From the IMG/VR virus record IMGVR_UViG_3300029815_000032: DNA of 40,426 bases; one strand, 5' to 3'. The translations under genes and the position numbers were made by a program. This document shows positions 1 to 7,373 of the stretch, in pieces (position 1 is the first letter of the stretch; each line of letters starts with the position of its first letter). Under the pieces are notes generated by a model. The model did not search any database. It saw only the letters and a list, made by a program, of their open reading frames with translations, and was not told the DNA's origin. Source of the DNA: a virus.

Positions 1-99
1 CTTTTTATAAAAAGTGCGAGGAAATTTCAAAGGGACTGGGAGGATCATTACTTCCGATGGGAACCATTACTTTTGCGGGACTAGATACAGCATCGCAAG
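1..99. repeat. Terminal direct repeat, copy 1 (identical to 40328..40426). Circular-assembly overlap or terminal redundancy.
   Basis: Base-by-base comparison: ctttttataaaaagtgcgagg...gatacagcatcgcaag occurs at both window ends. Confidence 0.95.
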
Positions 100-761
100 T
101 TGCCGGATATATGTATAACATTTCCGAGGATTTTACGACAGACAGTAGATTTAAGGATGGAAGTGATATTTCCTATCCTAAAGGGACAAACGTGTATTAC
201 ACATCCGATGGCTTTTGGGATTGTCTTGCTGGATCCAATGTTACCGGTGTGAAGGGAGAAAACGAGGAGTTTTACCGTAATGGAAATGTCAATATCACGA
301 AAGAAAATGTAGGACTGGGAAACGTACCAAATGTGTCAACGAATAAGCAGACTCCAACCTTTGAAACAGCAAATACGCGCGAAAATATAGAAAGCGGAGA
401 AACACTGGAAACGATCCTAGGTAAACTGGCCAGATTGTATGAGGATTTGGTAACAATAGCATTTTCCGGTGAGTATGGAGATTTAACCGGAAAGCCAACG
501 ATACCGACCAAGGTTAGCCAGTTGACAAATGATTCCGGCTATAAAACCACTGATACCAATACCTGGAAAGCAAATTCGTCATCCAGTGAGGGATATGTAG
601 CATCCGGGAAAAATCAAGTAAATAAAGTCTGGAAAACAGATGCAAATGGTAACCCGGCTTGGAGAGCAGAACAGACCATAAGCCTAGCGACTACGTCCGC
701 AAATGGTTTGATGAGTAAAGAAGACAAAATAGAACTTGAAAAATGCGGATATCCGCACTAA
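3..761 (+). CDS. Tail fibre protein, C-terminal part. Continues the ORF left open at 38851..40426 across the circular junction.
   Basis: The frame is open from base 3 and matches the frame at 40327. Fibre-type motifs GLGNVPNVS and AFSGEYGDLTGKPT are present. Stop at 759..761. Confidence 0.85.
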   Translation, partial: FYKKCEEISKGLGGSLLPMGTITFAGLDTASQVAGYMYNISEDFTTDSRFKDGSDISYPKGTNVYYTSDGFWDCLAGSNVTGVKGENEEFYRNGNVNITKENVGLGNVPNVSTNKQTPTFETANTRENIESGETLETILGKLARLYEDLVTIAFSGEYGDLTGKPTIPTKVSQLTNDSGYKTTDTNTWKANSSSSEGYVASGKNQVNKVWKTDANGNPAWRAEQTISLATTSANGLMSKEDKIELEKCGYPH

Positions 762-777
762 TGAAAGGAGAACCAAT

Positions 778-1392
778 ATGGCATACAAAAAAGTAGGATG
801 GAAAGATTATCCGGATACAACAACACCGGTCAATGCAACTAACCTAAATCAAATGGATGAAGGGCTTGCAGCGGTCGATCAGGAACTGACGACGCAGAAA
901 GAAAATGCTACAGATATGCAGGATACGATAGACCAATTAAATACAGGTTTATCTGAACTAAACTTAAAGATGGAATTAGTCAGATCCCATGTTGGCATGA
1001 TCGTACAATCTACCACCCTTGATACCGAAGCCAAGGTAATCGCCATTTATGGCGGTACATCCTGGTCTAAGGTCGAGGGGAGATTTCTGCTTGGCACTTC
1101 ATCTTCCTATGCTGTCAATTCTATCGGAGGTGAAACTGCGCACACTTTAACAACGGCTGAAATGCCATCACATAATCACGCATCATCAACAAGAAGAGGA
1201 GCAATACCCTGTTGGGATAACAAAGCCAGTTCAACCGGTAAATATTATGGACTTTACGACGGTTCACTGGCGTATCAATCATCATATGCTTACGATATAA
1301 GTGCAACAAGTACAAGTCTTGCAGGTGGAAATGCAGCTCATAACAATATGCCTCCATATAAAGTAGTTTATATCTGGGAGAGAACTGCATAA
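778..1392 (+). CDS. Second tail fibre / receptor-binding protein. Constant N-terminus plus the currently expressed C-terminal cassette V1, which has a phage tail-collar-like domain.
   Basis: ATG 778 follows GAAAGGAG. The C-terminus (GGETAHTLTTAEMPSHNH...GGNAAHNNMPPY) matches the tail-collar motif pattern. The track start at 736 lacks an RBS. Confidence 0.8.
   Translation: MAYKKVGWKDYPDTTTPVNATNLNQMDEGLAAVDQELTTQKENATDMQDTIDQLNTGLSELNLKMELVRSHVGMIVQSTTLDTEAKVIAIYGGTSWSKVEGRFLLGTSSSYAVNSIGGETAHTLTTAEMPSHNHASSTRRGAIPCWDNKASSTGKYYGLYDGSLAYQSSYAYDISATSTSLAGGNAAHNNMPPYKVVYIWERTA
937..974. repeat. Inverted repeat, left copy (IR-L), 38 bp, inside the fibre CDS.
   Basis: ttaaatacaggtttatctgaactaaacttaaagatgga is the exact reverse complement of 1763..1800. 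Identity stops abruptly at both edges. It encodes LNTGLSELNLKM in frame. Confidence 0.95.
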
Positions 1393-1762
1393 TTAAAATG
1401 TTCCGCCATAAATCTTCGCTGGGATCATCACATTTGCATTGCCATTTGCGTTGTCTGCGCTAGTGTCGACGATACCATTTCCAAAATTGATCGCACCGCT
1501 TGAACCAACGCTTACTATACGACGTAAGTTGATTGCATTATATGATGATCCGGTAATGGTATTCTTGGCAACATATCCAGGAATACAACACACCGCAGTG
1601 TATGCTTTGACACACCGAATTAGTCGGCTCCCAGTGTAAGTTGTCGTCGCTTTAAACAGAATATCCACATAGTCATAGTCGCTAAGATCAAGTGTGATGG
1701 TCTGCGTAGCGAAACTTTTAGTGGTATCGCTATTTGACCATAGAAGTTTCTCGCGAGCAGAG
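1393..1762 (-). other. Silent alternative fibre C-terminal cassette V2. It has no start codon or RBS of its own and would be expressed only after inversion of 937..1800.
   Basis: The minus-strand frame reads ...LNTGLSELNLKM|DSAREKLLWSNSD...IYGGTF*. It is in frame with the IR and unrelated to V1. Its stop abuts the V1 stop, forming TAATTA at 1390..1395. Confidence 0.7.
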
Positions 1763-1800
1763 TCCATCTTTAAGTTTAGTTCAGATAAACCTGTATTTAA
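1763..1800. repeat. Inverted repeat, right copy (IR-R), 38 bp.
   Basis: Exact reverse complement of 937..974. Confidence 0.95.
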
Positions 1801-1825
1801 ACTAACAAAAAAGTGGATGAAAAAA

Positions 1826-1877
1826 GTGGGTGCCGGGGGAGAAAAAACCATATATACATGAGACAATATTTATATAG
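1826..1877 (+). promoter_or_regulatory. Late-promoter-like element, copy D, upstream of the lysis operon.
   Basis: GTGGGTGCC-GGGGGAGAAA (G-box 1835..1844), then CATGAGA and an AT-rich TATATA at 1871..1876. Near-identical architecture to copy C at 38781..38830, including the shared ATTACGAAAGGAG RBS region. Confidence 0.5.
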
Positions 1878-1895
1878 ATTACGAAAGGAGAAACC

Positions 1896-2228
1896 ATGGC
1901 AGAGGAATTAACAGCAAGAGTGTCTGTCTTGGAAGAAAAGATCAAGGTCTCTAACCACCGCATTGATGATCTGGAAGATAAAACAGATCGTATTGAAAAG
2001 TTGACTTTATCAGTTCAAAAACTGGCTATGTCGGTTGAGCAGATGGCAAAGGAGCAGATCGACTATCGTGCCAAGCAGGATCAGATCGCAAATAAACTGA
2101 TCGAGTTGGAGCAGGCACCGGCAAAGGACAAGGCTAAAAAGGTAGACAGTATCCTTACATATGTAATGCAACTGGTCGTAGCCGCTTTCGTTGGTGCAGT
2201 TCTAGCATATATTGGAATAAGCGGATGA
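1896..2228 (+). CDS. xhlA: XhlA-like haemolysin / lysis accessory protein (N-terminal coiled coil plus C-terminal TM helix).
   Basis: AAAGGAG RBS. Coiled-coil N-terminus and C-terminal hydrophobic helix (LVVAAFVGAVLAYIGI). Sits directly before the holin and endolysin. Confidence 0.65.
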   Translation: MAEELTARVSVLEEKIKVSNHRIDDLEDKTDRIEKLTLSVQKLAMSVEQMAKEQIDYRAKQDQIANKLIELEQAPAKDKAKKVDSILTYVMQLVVAAFVGAVLAYIGISG

Positions 2229-2244
2229 GAAAGGAGTGAGGAAC

Positions 2245-2478
2245 ATGAAGAATTGTGTATTTAAAGCGTCTGTGAATACAAAGCAGTGGCTTGTTGCAGC
2301 AGGAGTAAGAGCGACCAAGACCATGGCGCAGACGGCGCTTGCGCTTTTACCGGCGGCGGCAACTATTTCACAAGTTGATTGGAAAACAGTAGTCGGTACA
2401 GCGGCTTTAGCAGGTATTGTATCGATTTTAACGTCGATCGTTGGCATCCCGGAAGTAACATGTAATGAAAATAAATGA
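2245..2478 (+). CDS. Holin.
   Basis: ATG 2245 with AAGGAG 8 nt upstream (the track GTG at 2236 is less likely). 77 aa with two hydrophobic segments (VRATKTMAQTALALLP..., GTAALAGIVSILTSIVGI). Located between xhlA and the amidase. Confidence 0.75.
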   Translation: MKNCVFKASVNTKQWLVAAGVRATKTMAQTALALLPAAATISQVDWKTVVGTAALAGIVSILTSIVGIPEVTCNENK

Positions 2479-2495
2479 ACAGGAGGAAAAAAAGA

Positions 2496-3524
2496 ATGAG
2501 AATTAACGTTCATGCCGGTCATAACCCGGAAGGTAAAATTGCTTGTGGAGCAAGAGGAATTTTAGATGAATCCAGAGAAGATCGCATCATCAAAAACAAG
2601 GTGATCCAGTTACTCCGTGCAGCAGGACATGAGGTCTTTGATTGTACGGTTGACGATGGAACAAGCCAGAGCGATGTATTGAGAAGAATTGTAGAGAAAA
2701 GCAATTCCCACGATGCTGATCTTGATGTCAGCATCCATTTGAATAGCGGCAGAAACGACTATGTCGGAGACGGTTCTATTGGTGGTACGGAGGTTTTTGT
2801 TTTCAACATTTCAGAAAAGAACAAGACTGCTATTGCCTACGGTAAGGCTATTGTGGAAAAGATCGGAGATATCGGTTTCCGCATCCGTGATGATGCTATT
2901 CCGGATCATATTAAGACAGACTCACAGTTGTATGTTCTTAGAAATACGAAAGCACCTGCCGTTCTGGTAGAATGTTGCTTTGTTGATGACAAGGACGATG
3001 CAGATCTTTACAATGCGGATAAGATGGCACAGGCTATCGCAGACGGTATTATTTCACTTGCCGGCTCGTCAGCACCGGTACAGACACCAGAGGTAACACC
3101 GACACCAGTGCCAGCACAGACAGGACACAATGTAAGTGATACCGTTTCGTTCAACAAAATCTACAGTACAGCAGATTCAACCACACCGCTCAATCCCAGA
3201 GTGACATCCGGTAAAATTACAAAGATCCTTGCAGGAAGAGCAAATCCATATCTGATCAACGGCGGTACCGGATGGGTCAATGACGGATGCATCACCGGTG
3301 GCGGATCAGTTGCTCCGGCGGCTCCAGCGGTAAATTACTACCCGGCATATACCGGCGGTAGTAACTCAATCACAGAGGCGTTGAAGTCGCTTGGCGTGGA
3401 TTATTCAATGGCACACCGTCAGAAGATCGCATCTGCCAATGGTATCGGTGGTTATGCAGGAACTTACACTCAGAACGTCACAATGCTGACACTGTTAAAA
3501 CAGGGCAGATTGATTTCTGCTTAA
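2496..3524 (+). CDS. Endolysin: N-acetylmuramoyl-L-alanine amidase (Amidase_3 type) with C-terminal putative cell-wall-binding domains.
   Basis: AGGAGG RBS before ATG 2496. N-terminal MRINVHAGHNPEG...SIHLNS...VLVECCFVDD pattern is typical of MurNAc-LAA amidases. A Pro/Thr linker is followed by C-terminal domains. Confidence 0.85.
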   Translation: MRINVHAGHNPEGKIACGARGILDESREDRIIKNKVIQLLRAAGHEVFDCTVDDGTSQSDVLRRIVEKSNSHDADLDVSIHLNSGRNDYVGDGSIGGTEVFVFNISEKNKTAIAYGKAIVEKIGDIGFRIRDDAIPDHIKTDSQLYVLRNTKAPAVLVECCFVDDKDDADLYNADKMAQAIADGIISLAGSSAPVQTPEVTPTPVPAQTGHNVSDTVSFNKIYSTADSTTPLNPRVTSGKITKILAGRANPYLINGGTGWVNDGCITGGGSVAPAAPAVNYYPAYTGGSNSITEALKSLGVDYSMAHRQKIASANGIGGYAGTYTQNVTMLTLLKQGRLISA

Positions 3525-3582
3525 TACATAAGAAAAAGCAATGCAGAGGAAACCATAACTTTTTAATTTAAAGAGGACATTT

Positions 3583-3840
3583 ATGGATAGAAGCCTACTG
3601 GTGCGCTTTTGGAATTGTGGAGACGATCAGATCATCCAATTTGCAGTTCAAAGAGCGCACTTAAACAGGCACGAAAGAGAAGTATTGCATCTTATGCTTG
3701 ATGAATGTAAAACACAAGAAGAAACAGCAGAGATACTTGGATATAGCACGCGACGAGTGCAGAAATTTTGGTATGACGGAGCCGATAAACTCCTTCATAT
3801 ACCTTGGGTTGAAGCATATGCTAAGACTATCAAGGGTTAG
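3583..3840 (+). CDS. Small sigma-70 region-4-like HTH protein (85 aa), a putative transcription regulator.
   Basis: HEREVLHLMLDECKTQEETAEILGYSTRRVQKFWYDGADKL resembles the region 4.2 HTH of ECF and late sigma factors. No region 2 is present. Last gene before a terminator. Confidence 0.55.
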   Translation: MDRSLLVRFWNCGDDQIIQFAVQRAHLNRHEREVLHLMLDECKTQEETAEILGYSTRRVQKFWYDGADKLLHIPWVEAYAKTIKG

Positions 3841-3870
3841 TATCCTCCATCAACATTCTTTTTAGAGAGA

Positions 3871-3898
3871 AGAGAACTGTAAAAGGTTCTCTTTTTTC
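3871..3898 (+). terminator. Rho-independent terminator after the lysis/regulator operon.
   Basis: Stem agagaac / gttctct with an 8-nt loop, followed by TTTTTT. Confidence 0.7.
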
Positions 3899-3980
3899 TT
3901 GCGCAAAATTTGCGTGTCTGCATCGTGGGAAGTCAAGGAGAAGCATGACATAATTATCATAGCGAAAGGAGATGGAGATC

Positions 3981-4337
3981 ATGAATCAGTTTAATCAGTA
4001 CAACAACAATTATAACAGGATGCCTCAATTTGCGAAAAGTTCGCTTGATTGGATCATGGTACAGTCAGTAGACCAGGTCGAATCCGTGGCAGTGCAGCCA
4101 ATGTGTAAAGCATGGATCATGGTTCAAAATGAACCGATATTTGCCCTGCGTCAGGCGGATTCTATGGGGCTGACAACAACAGAATTTTATCGCTTTGAGA
4201 AATATGAACCAAATCCAGCACCAGAGTATGTGACGAAAGCAGAACTGCTGGCAATGATTGAAGAAATGAAGGGAGAAAAAGATGAATCCACTACTACAAA
4301 ACGTGGTAAAGCCACAAGTCAATCCGCAAATGCTTAA
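3981..4337 (+). CDS. Hypothetical protein (accessory cassette gene 1).
   Basis: ATG 3981 lies 9 nt after AAAGGAG; the track ATG at 3972 abuts the RBS. Gln/Asn-rich N-terminus. No recognisable domain. Confidence 0.6.
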   Translation: MNQFNQYNNNYNRMPQFAKSSLDWIMVQSVDQVESVAVQPMCKAWIMVQNEPIFALRQADSMGLTTTEFYRFEKYEPNPAPEYVTKAELLAMIEEMKGEKDESTTTKRGKATSQSANA

Positions 4338-4533
4338 TGGAATAAAGGCATATATGCAAACGATGAAAATGGCACAGAACCCAACGCAGGCATTAGAGCA
4401 GATATGCCAGCAAAATCCCCAGGTACAAAACGTTGTGGATCTGTGCCGTGGTAGAGACCCCAAAGAGGTATTTATGGAACAGTGTAAGAAACAGGGCATT
4501 GATCCGCAACAGATCATAGATATGTTGATGTAA
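4282..4533 (+). CDS. Hypothetical Gln/Pro-rich small protein (accessory cassette gene 2).
   Basis: GGGAGA RBS before ATG 4282. Overlaps the previous ORF by 56 nt in another frame. Confidence 0.55.
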   Translation: MNPLLQNVVKPQVNPQMLNGIKAYMQTMKMAQNPTQALEQICQQNPQVQNVVDLCRGRDPKEVFMEQCKKQGIDPQQIIDMLM

Positions 4534-4581
4534 CGAGTGCGCACTCTTGCATATATAAAATTTTTGAAAGGAGATAAGACT

Positions 4582-5232
4582 ATGGATAACTTATCATTAT
4601 CAGACATTGCGTCTGTAACCAGAAACAATGATGACTGCTGGGGAGGAGGAATGGGGTTCTTTTGGATCTTTGCACTCTTACTTTTGCCGATGCTTTCGGG
4701 AGGCGGTCTGTGAGGGAATAACGCGGCCAGCACTGCCGACATTCAAAGAGCCGTAGACCTTAACAGCATTCAGCAGGGACAGGCAGGCATTGCGGCTGAC
4801 GTCCAGCGAGGCATTTATGAGATCAATGGTGCCACCAAAGATGCAGCCTATAACAACCTTGGAGAAATCCGGGATGTTGGAACGGCTGTTTCATCGAACA
4901 GCGCGAACATCATCAACAATTTGACGCAGCTGGCATCAAACATGCAGACTTGCTGCTGCGAGACAAAGCAAACGATTTTAGAAAATCGTTACCTGGATCA
5001 GCAGAACACCAGTCAGTTACAGATGGCATTGATGCAGTCAGAGGCGAACACAACGGACAAGTTCCAGAAAATCATGGATAAGATGAATGAGGATAAGATT
5101 GAATCCTTACAGAATCAGATCAATGCGCTTAATCTACAGAACGCAGTCGCAGGAGTTGTGAGATACCCTACTGCAACTACATACACCAGTGGCAGTAATC
5201 CATTTTGCGCAACCGGATGTGGTTGTTTCTAG
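4582..5232 (+). CDS. Membrane-anchored, coiled-coil protein with a Cys-rich C-terminus. One reading frame interrupted by an in-frame TGA at 4711..4713 (readthrough/recoding or recent pseudogene).
   Basis: GAAAGGAG RBS before ATG 4582. N-terminal Gly/Trp-rich TM segment (GGGMGFFWIFALLLLPMLSGGGL*). The same frame stays open for 69 further codons with no ATG/GTG/TTG until the TTG at 4921. Ends ...CCCETK...CATGCGCF. Confidence 0.55.
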
Positions 5233-5244
5233 GGGGTGCTTGCC

Positions 5245-5634
5245 ATGAACCATATCATCGAAACGCGACTGGAAACTGCAACAACCCTGACCGCAGGGGC
5301 ATTGATTCCTTATGGAACAGTCGAGCATAAGCAGGGATGCAGTATGGACGCAAGTGGAACAACGATTAAAATCAAGGGAAGTGGCTACTACACTGTAGTT
5401 GCTAACGTCACGCTGGCACCGACTGCCGCGCAGGACATCACAATTACCCTGGCAAATAACGGAGTACCGATTGCCAAGGCTATTGAGACACCGAGTGCAG
5501 CAGGAAGCAACGTGAACCTTACTCTGATCGGAGTTGTTTACAATCCTTGTGGATGCGCAAACGACGCTCTGACGATCTCTGTAGACTCCGCTTGTACCGT
5601 CAATGCATCTAATGTGATCGTAGAAAGGAAGTAA
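5245..5634 (+). CDS. BclA C-terminal-domain-like (TNF/C1q-like jelly-roll) protein without a collagen-like region.
   Basis: AGGGGG RBS 8 nt before ATG 5245. GSGYYTVVANVTLAPTAAQDITITLANNGVPI resembles the ...GFYKITVIANTATA...TIQVNGVPVPG pattern of the exosporium BclA C-terminal domain. Confidence 0.5.
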   Translation: MNHIIETRLETATTLTAGALIPYGTVEHKQGCSMDASGTTIKIKGSGYYTVVANVTLAPTAAQDITITLANNGVPIAKAIETPSAAGSNVNLTLIGVVYNPCGCANDALTISVDSACTVNASNVIVERK

Positions 5635-5637
5635 CAT

Positions 5638-5814
5638 ATGAATGCAATGAGTGAATATCTGGAAGAGTGGGAACGATATGTCATAGACCACTATCGCCCG
5701 GAGGACATGAACAGTAGGGGGAAACTTGATGAGTTATATCGTATCGCAGATATCATGAAAGATCTGGCAGAGTACGATAATGCGTCAAAGGGACTTACTA
5801 TGGGAATGATGTAA
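5638..5814 (+). CDS. Hypothetical 58-aa protein (below the ORF-track cutoff).
   Basis: ATG 5638 overlaps the end of the preceding gene. Acidic helical sequence MNAMSEYLEEWERYV.... Followed by a strong hairpin. Confidence 0.45.
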   Translation: MNAMSEYLEEWERYVIDHYRPEDMNSRGKLDELYRIADIMKDLAEYDNASKGLTMGMM

Positions 5815-5817
5815 AAC

Positions 5818-5855
5818 AATACCCTCATGGTGCTAATGAGTGCCATGAGGGTATT
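5818..5855 (+). terminator. Strong hairpin / putative terminator closing the accessory cassette.
   Basis: 13-bp perfect stem aataccctcatgg / ccatgagggtatt with a 12-nt loop. The downstream T-tract is weak. Confidence 0.55.
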
Positions 5856-6039
5856 ATAAATTTTACAAACATATAACATATCCATTACTTACATTTCACA
5901 GGATATTGTCATAATTCAAATAGATGTAGGAAAGAAAAATAATAATATTAGCATAGTGCATATGCAACTAATGTTGCGGAGGCAGTATGCGAACAAATTA
6001 CAGGACGCAATCCATACGAGGATGAGGAATAGGGCACGC

Positions 6040-7353
6040 TTAGTGTCCTATTTTTATGTTCAGGGTCTTATCCGGGAGAACTTCTATAGATGATATAAAG
6101 GATCGCCAGAAGGCTCTCTTGTGTATGTCGTCAAGTTTTATGTATGTCTCTTTCCAGTTGTCATCCAGTATGATAGGTTCCCTGTCTGACATCATTCTGT
6201 CAAGGTCTGATATGTCACGGAGAATAAGTTCGCGCTTTTCCTTGTATTCCTCAACTGACAGATCGCCGACCTCAAATCGTATGCCTACTCGCTCCAACTT
6301 CTGCTCTAAAGCCTTTCGCTTATCTTTGGCATCGGACTTCTTTTCTTCGTTTGATAAATTGATGTTGTATTTGCTTATGATGGTTGCTATCTGATCGAGC
6401 AGATACTTCTCGACCTTCCTCTCACTGATCGTGAGCCTTTTTTCGTGCTTCGTAGCATAAGTTTTACCATCACAGACATAATACTTGCAACGAACTTTTC
6501 CAGTTTTGATCTGGTTGGTTGAAGATTTTGCGCCCATCCTGTTACCACAGTAACCGCAGATCATTAGTCCAGAAAAAATGTAATTTATGCCACCCTTAGG
6601 AGTGCGTATATATTGTGACATATTGTCTATGATCTTCTGATGATCTTCTGCCGTAATGTATGCCGGACATGCAAAGCCGTTCATATCGCCTGCATAGATG
6701 GGGTTCTTTAATCGCTTGCGCATCGCGTTCATATTTACATTGTAGCCGACGGCTTGCAGGGCTTCCATGGTCCTGGTGGAAGAATATGTCATCAGGTAGG
6801 TTTTAAACATCAATTCAACCAGTGGAGCAACCGTCTCGTCCTTGACCAACTTCTTATCCACACGCTTGTAACCATATGGCGGGGTTCCTACATAGTCGCC
6901 CTGTGCGCGCTTGTAATCAAATACCGATTTGATACGTTCACTTGTCCGATCAGCCTCTGACTGTGCCACGGATAGCATGATATTTACCTTGAATACACCG
7001 GAGGAAGTCTCGGTCTCATAGTCTTCCCAGATGGCGCGCCAAGGGACATGACAGGCATCAAGCCGTGTCTGTACTTCGTAGTAGTCTGCCACAGATCGAA
7101 ACCACCTGTCTAATTTGGTAAACAGAATGACATCTATCAGTCCGCGCTCACAATCTTCGATCAGTTGCAGCAGGGCAGGACGTTTTTTATATGATTTTCT
7201 GGCAGAGATACCGGCATCATTGTAAAGACCGACTTCCTGTAAGTCGTTTTGTTTGCAGTAGTCGCGGAGTGCCACAATCTGACTATCCACGGATAGACCG
7301 TGTTTCTTTTGCTCATCCGTCGATACACGGACATATAAAGCACATCGTTTCAT
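6040..7353 (-). CDS. int: Large serine recombinase (putative integrase).
   Basis: AAGGAG RBS before ATG 7353. N-terminal resolvase catalytic motif MKRCALYVRVSTDEQ...GLSVDSQ, a recombinase domain, a Cys cluster (CGYCG...CKYYVC) and a C-terminal coiled coil. Adjacent to the immunity region. Confidence 0.9.
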   Translation of the reverse strand: MKRCALYVRVSTDEQKKHGLSVDSQIVALRDYCKQNDLQEVGLYNDAGISARKSYKKRPALLQLIEDCERGLIDVILFTKLDRWFRSVADYYEVQTRLDACHVPWRAIWEDYETETSSGVFKVNIMLSVAQSEADRTSERIKSVFDYKRAQGDYVGTPPYGYKRVDKKLVKDETVAPLVELMFKTYLMTYSSTRTMEALQAVGYNVNMNAMRKRLKNPIYAGDMNGFACPAYITAEDHQKIIDNMSQYIRTPKGGINYIFSGLMICGYCGNRMGAKSSTNQIKTGKVRCKYYVCDGKTYATKHEKRLTISERKVEKYLLDQIATIISKYNINLSNEEKKSDAKDKRKALEQKLERVGIRFEVGDLSVEEYKEKRELILRDISDLDRMMSDREPIILDDNWKETYIKLDDIHKRAFWRSFISSIEVLPDKTLNIKIGH

Positions 7354-7373
7354 AGCAACCTCCTTGAATGTAT

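Noticed and set aside
937-1800. A diversity-generating retroelement (TR/VR pair) acting on the fibre gene.
   Set aside because: The repeat is inverted, perfect and only 38 bp, with no adenine-specific mismatches. No reverse transcriptase gene exists in the closed genome.
1393-1866. The 157-aa minus-strand ORF from the track, read as an independent gene.
   Set aside because: Its first ~22 codons (MSHVYMVFSPPAPTFFIHFFVS) run through the lysis-operon promoter element and have no RBS. Meaningful sequence begins exactly at the 38-bp inverted repeat. It is better explained as a promoterless alternative C-terminal cassette (1393..1762).
4711-4713. Selenocysteine, or a genome-wide TGA reassignment (code 4 or 25), to explain the in-frame TGA.
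   Set aside because: TGA terminates other well-supported genes here (xhlA at 2226..2228, holin at 2476..2478). Only a weak 4-bp stem lies downstream, not a convincing SECIS hairpin. A Sec residue in a Gly-rich membrane-proximal linker is implausible.
4065-5691. Long minus-strand ORFs 4065..4742 (225 aa) and 5134..5691 (185 aa).
   Set aside because: They are antisense to a run of plus-strand genes with good RBSs. Their products are low-complexity and Cys/Phe-rich with no RBS, which is typical of shadow ORFs.
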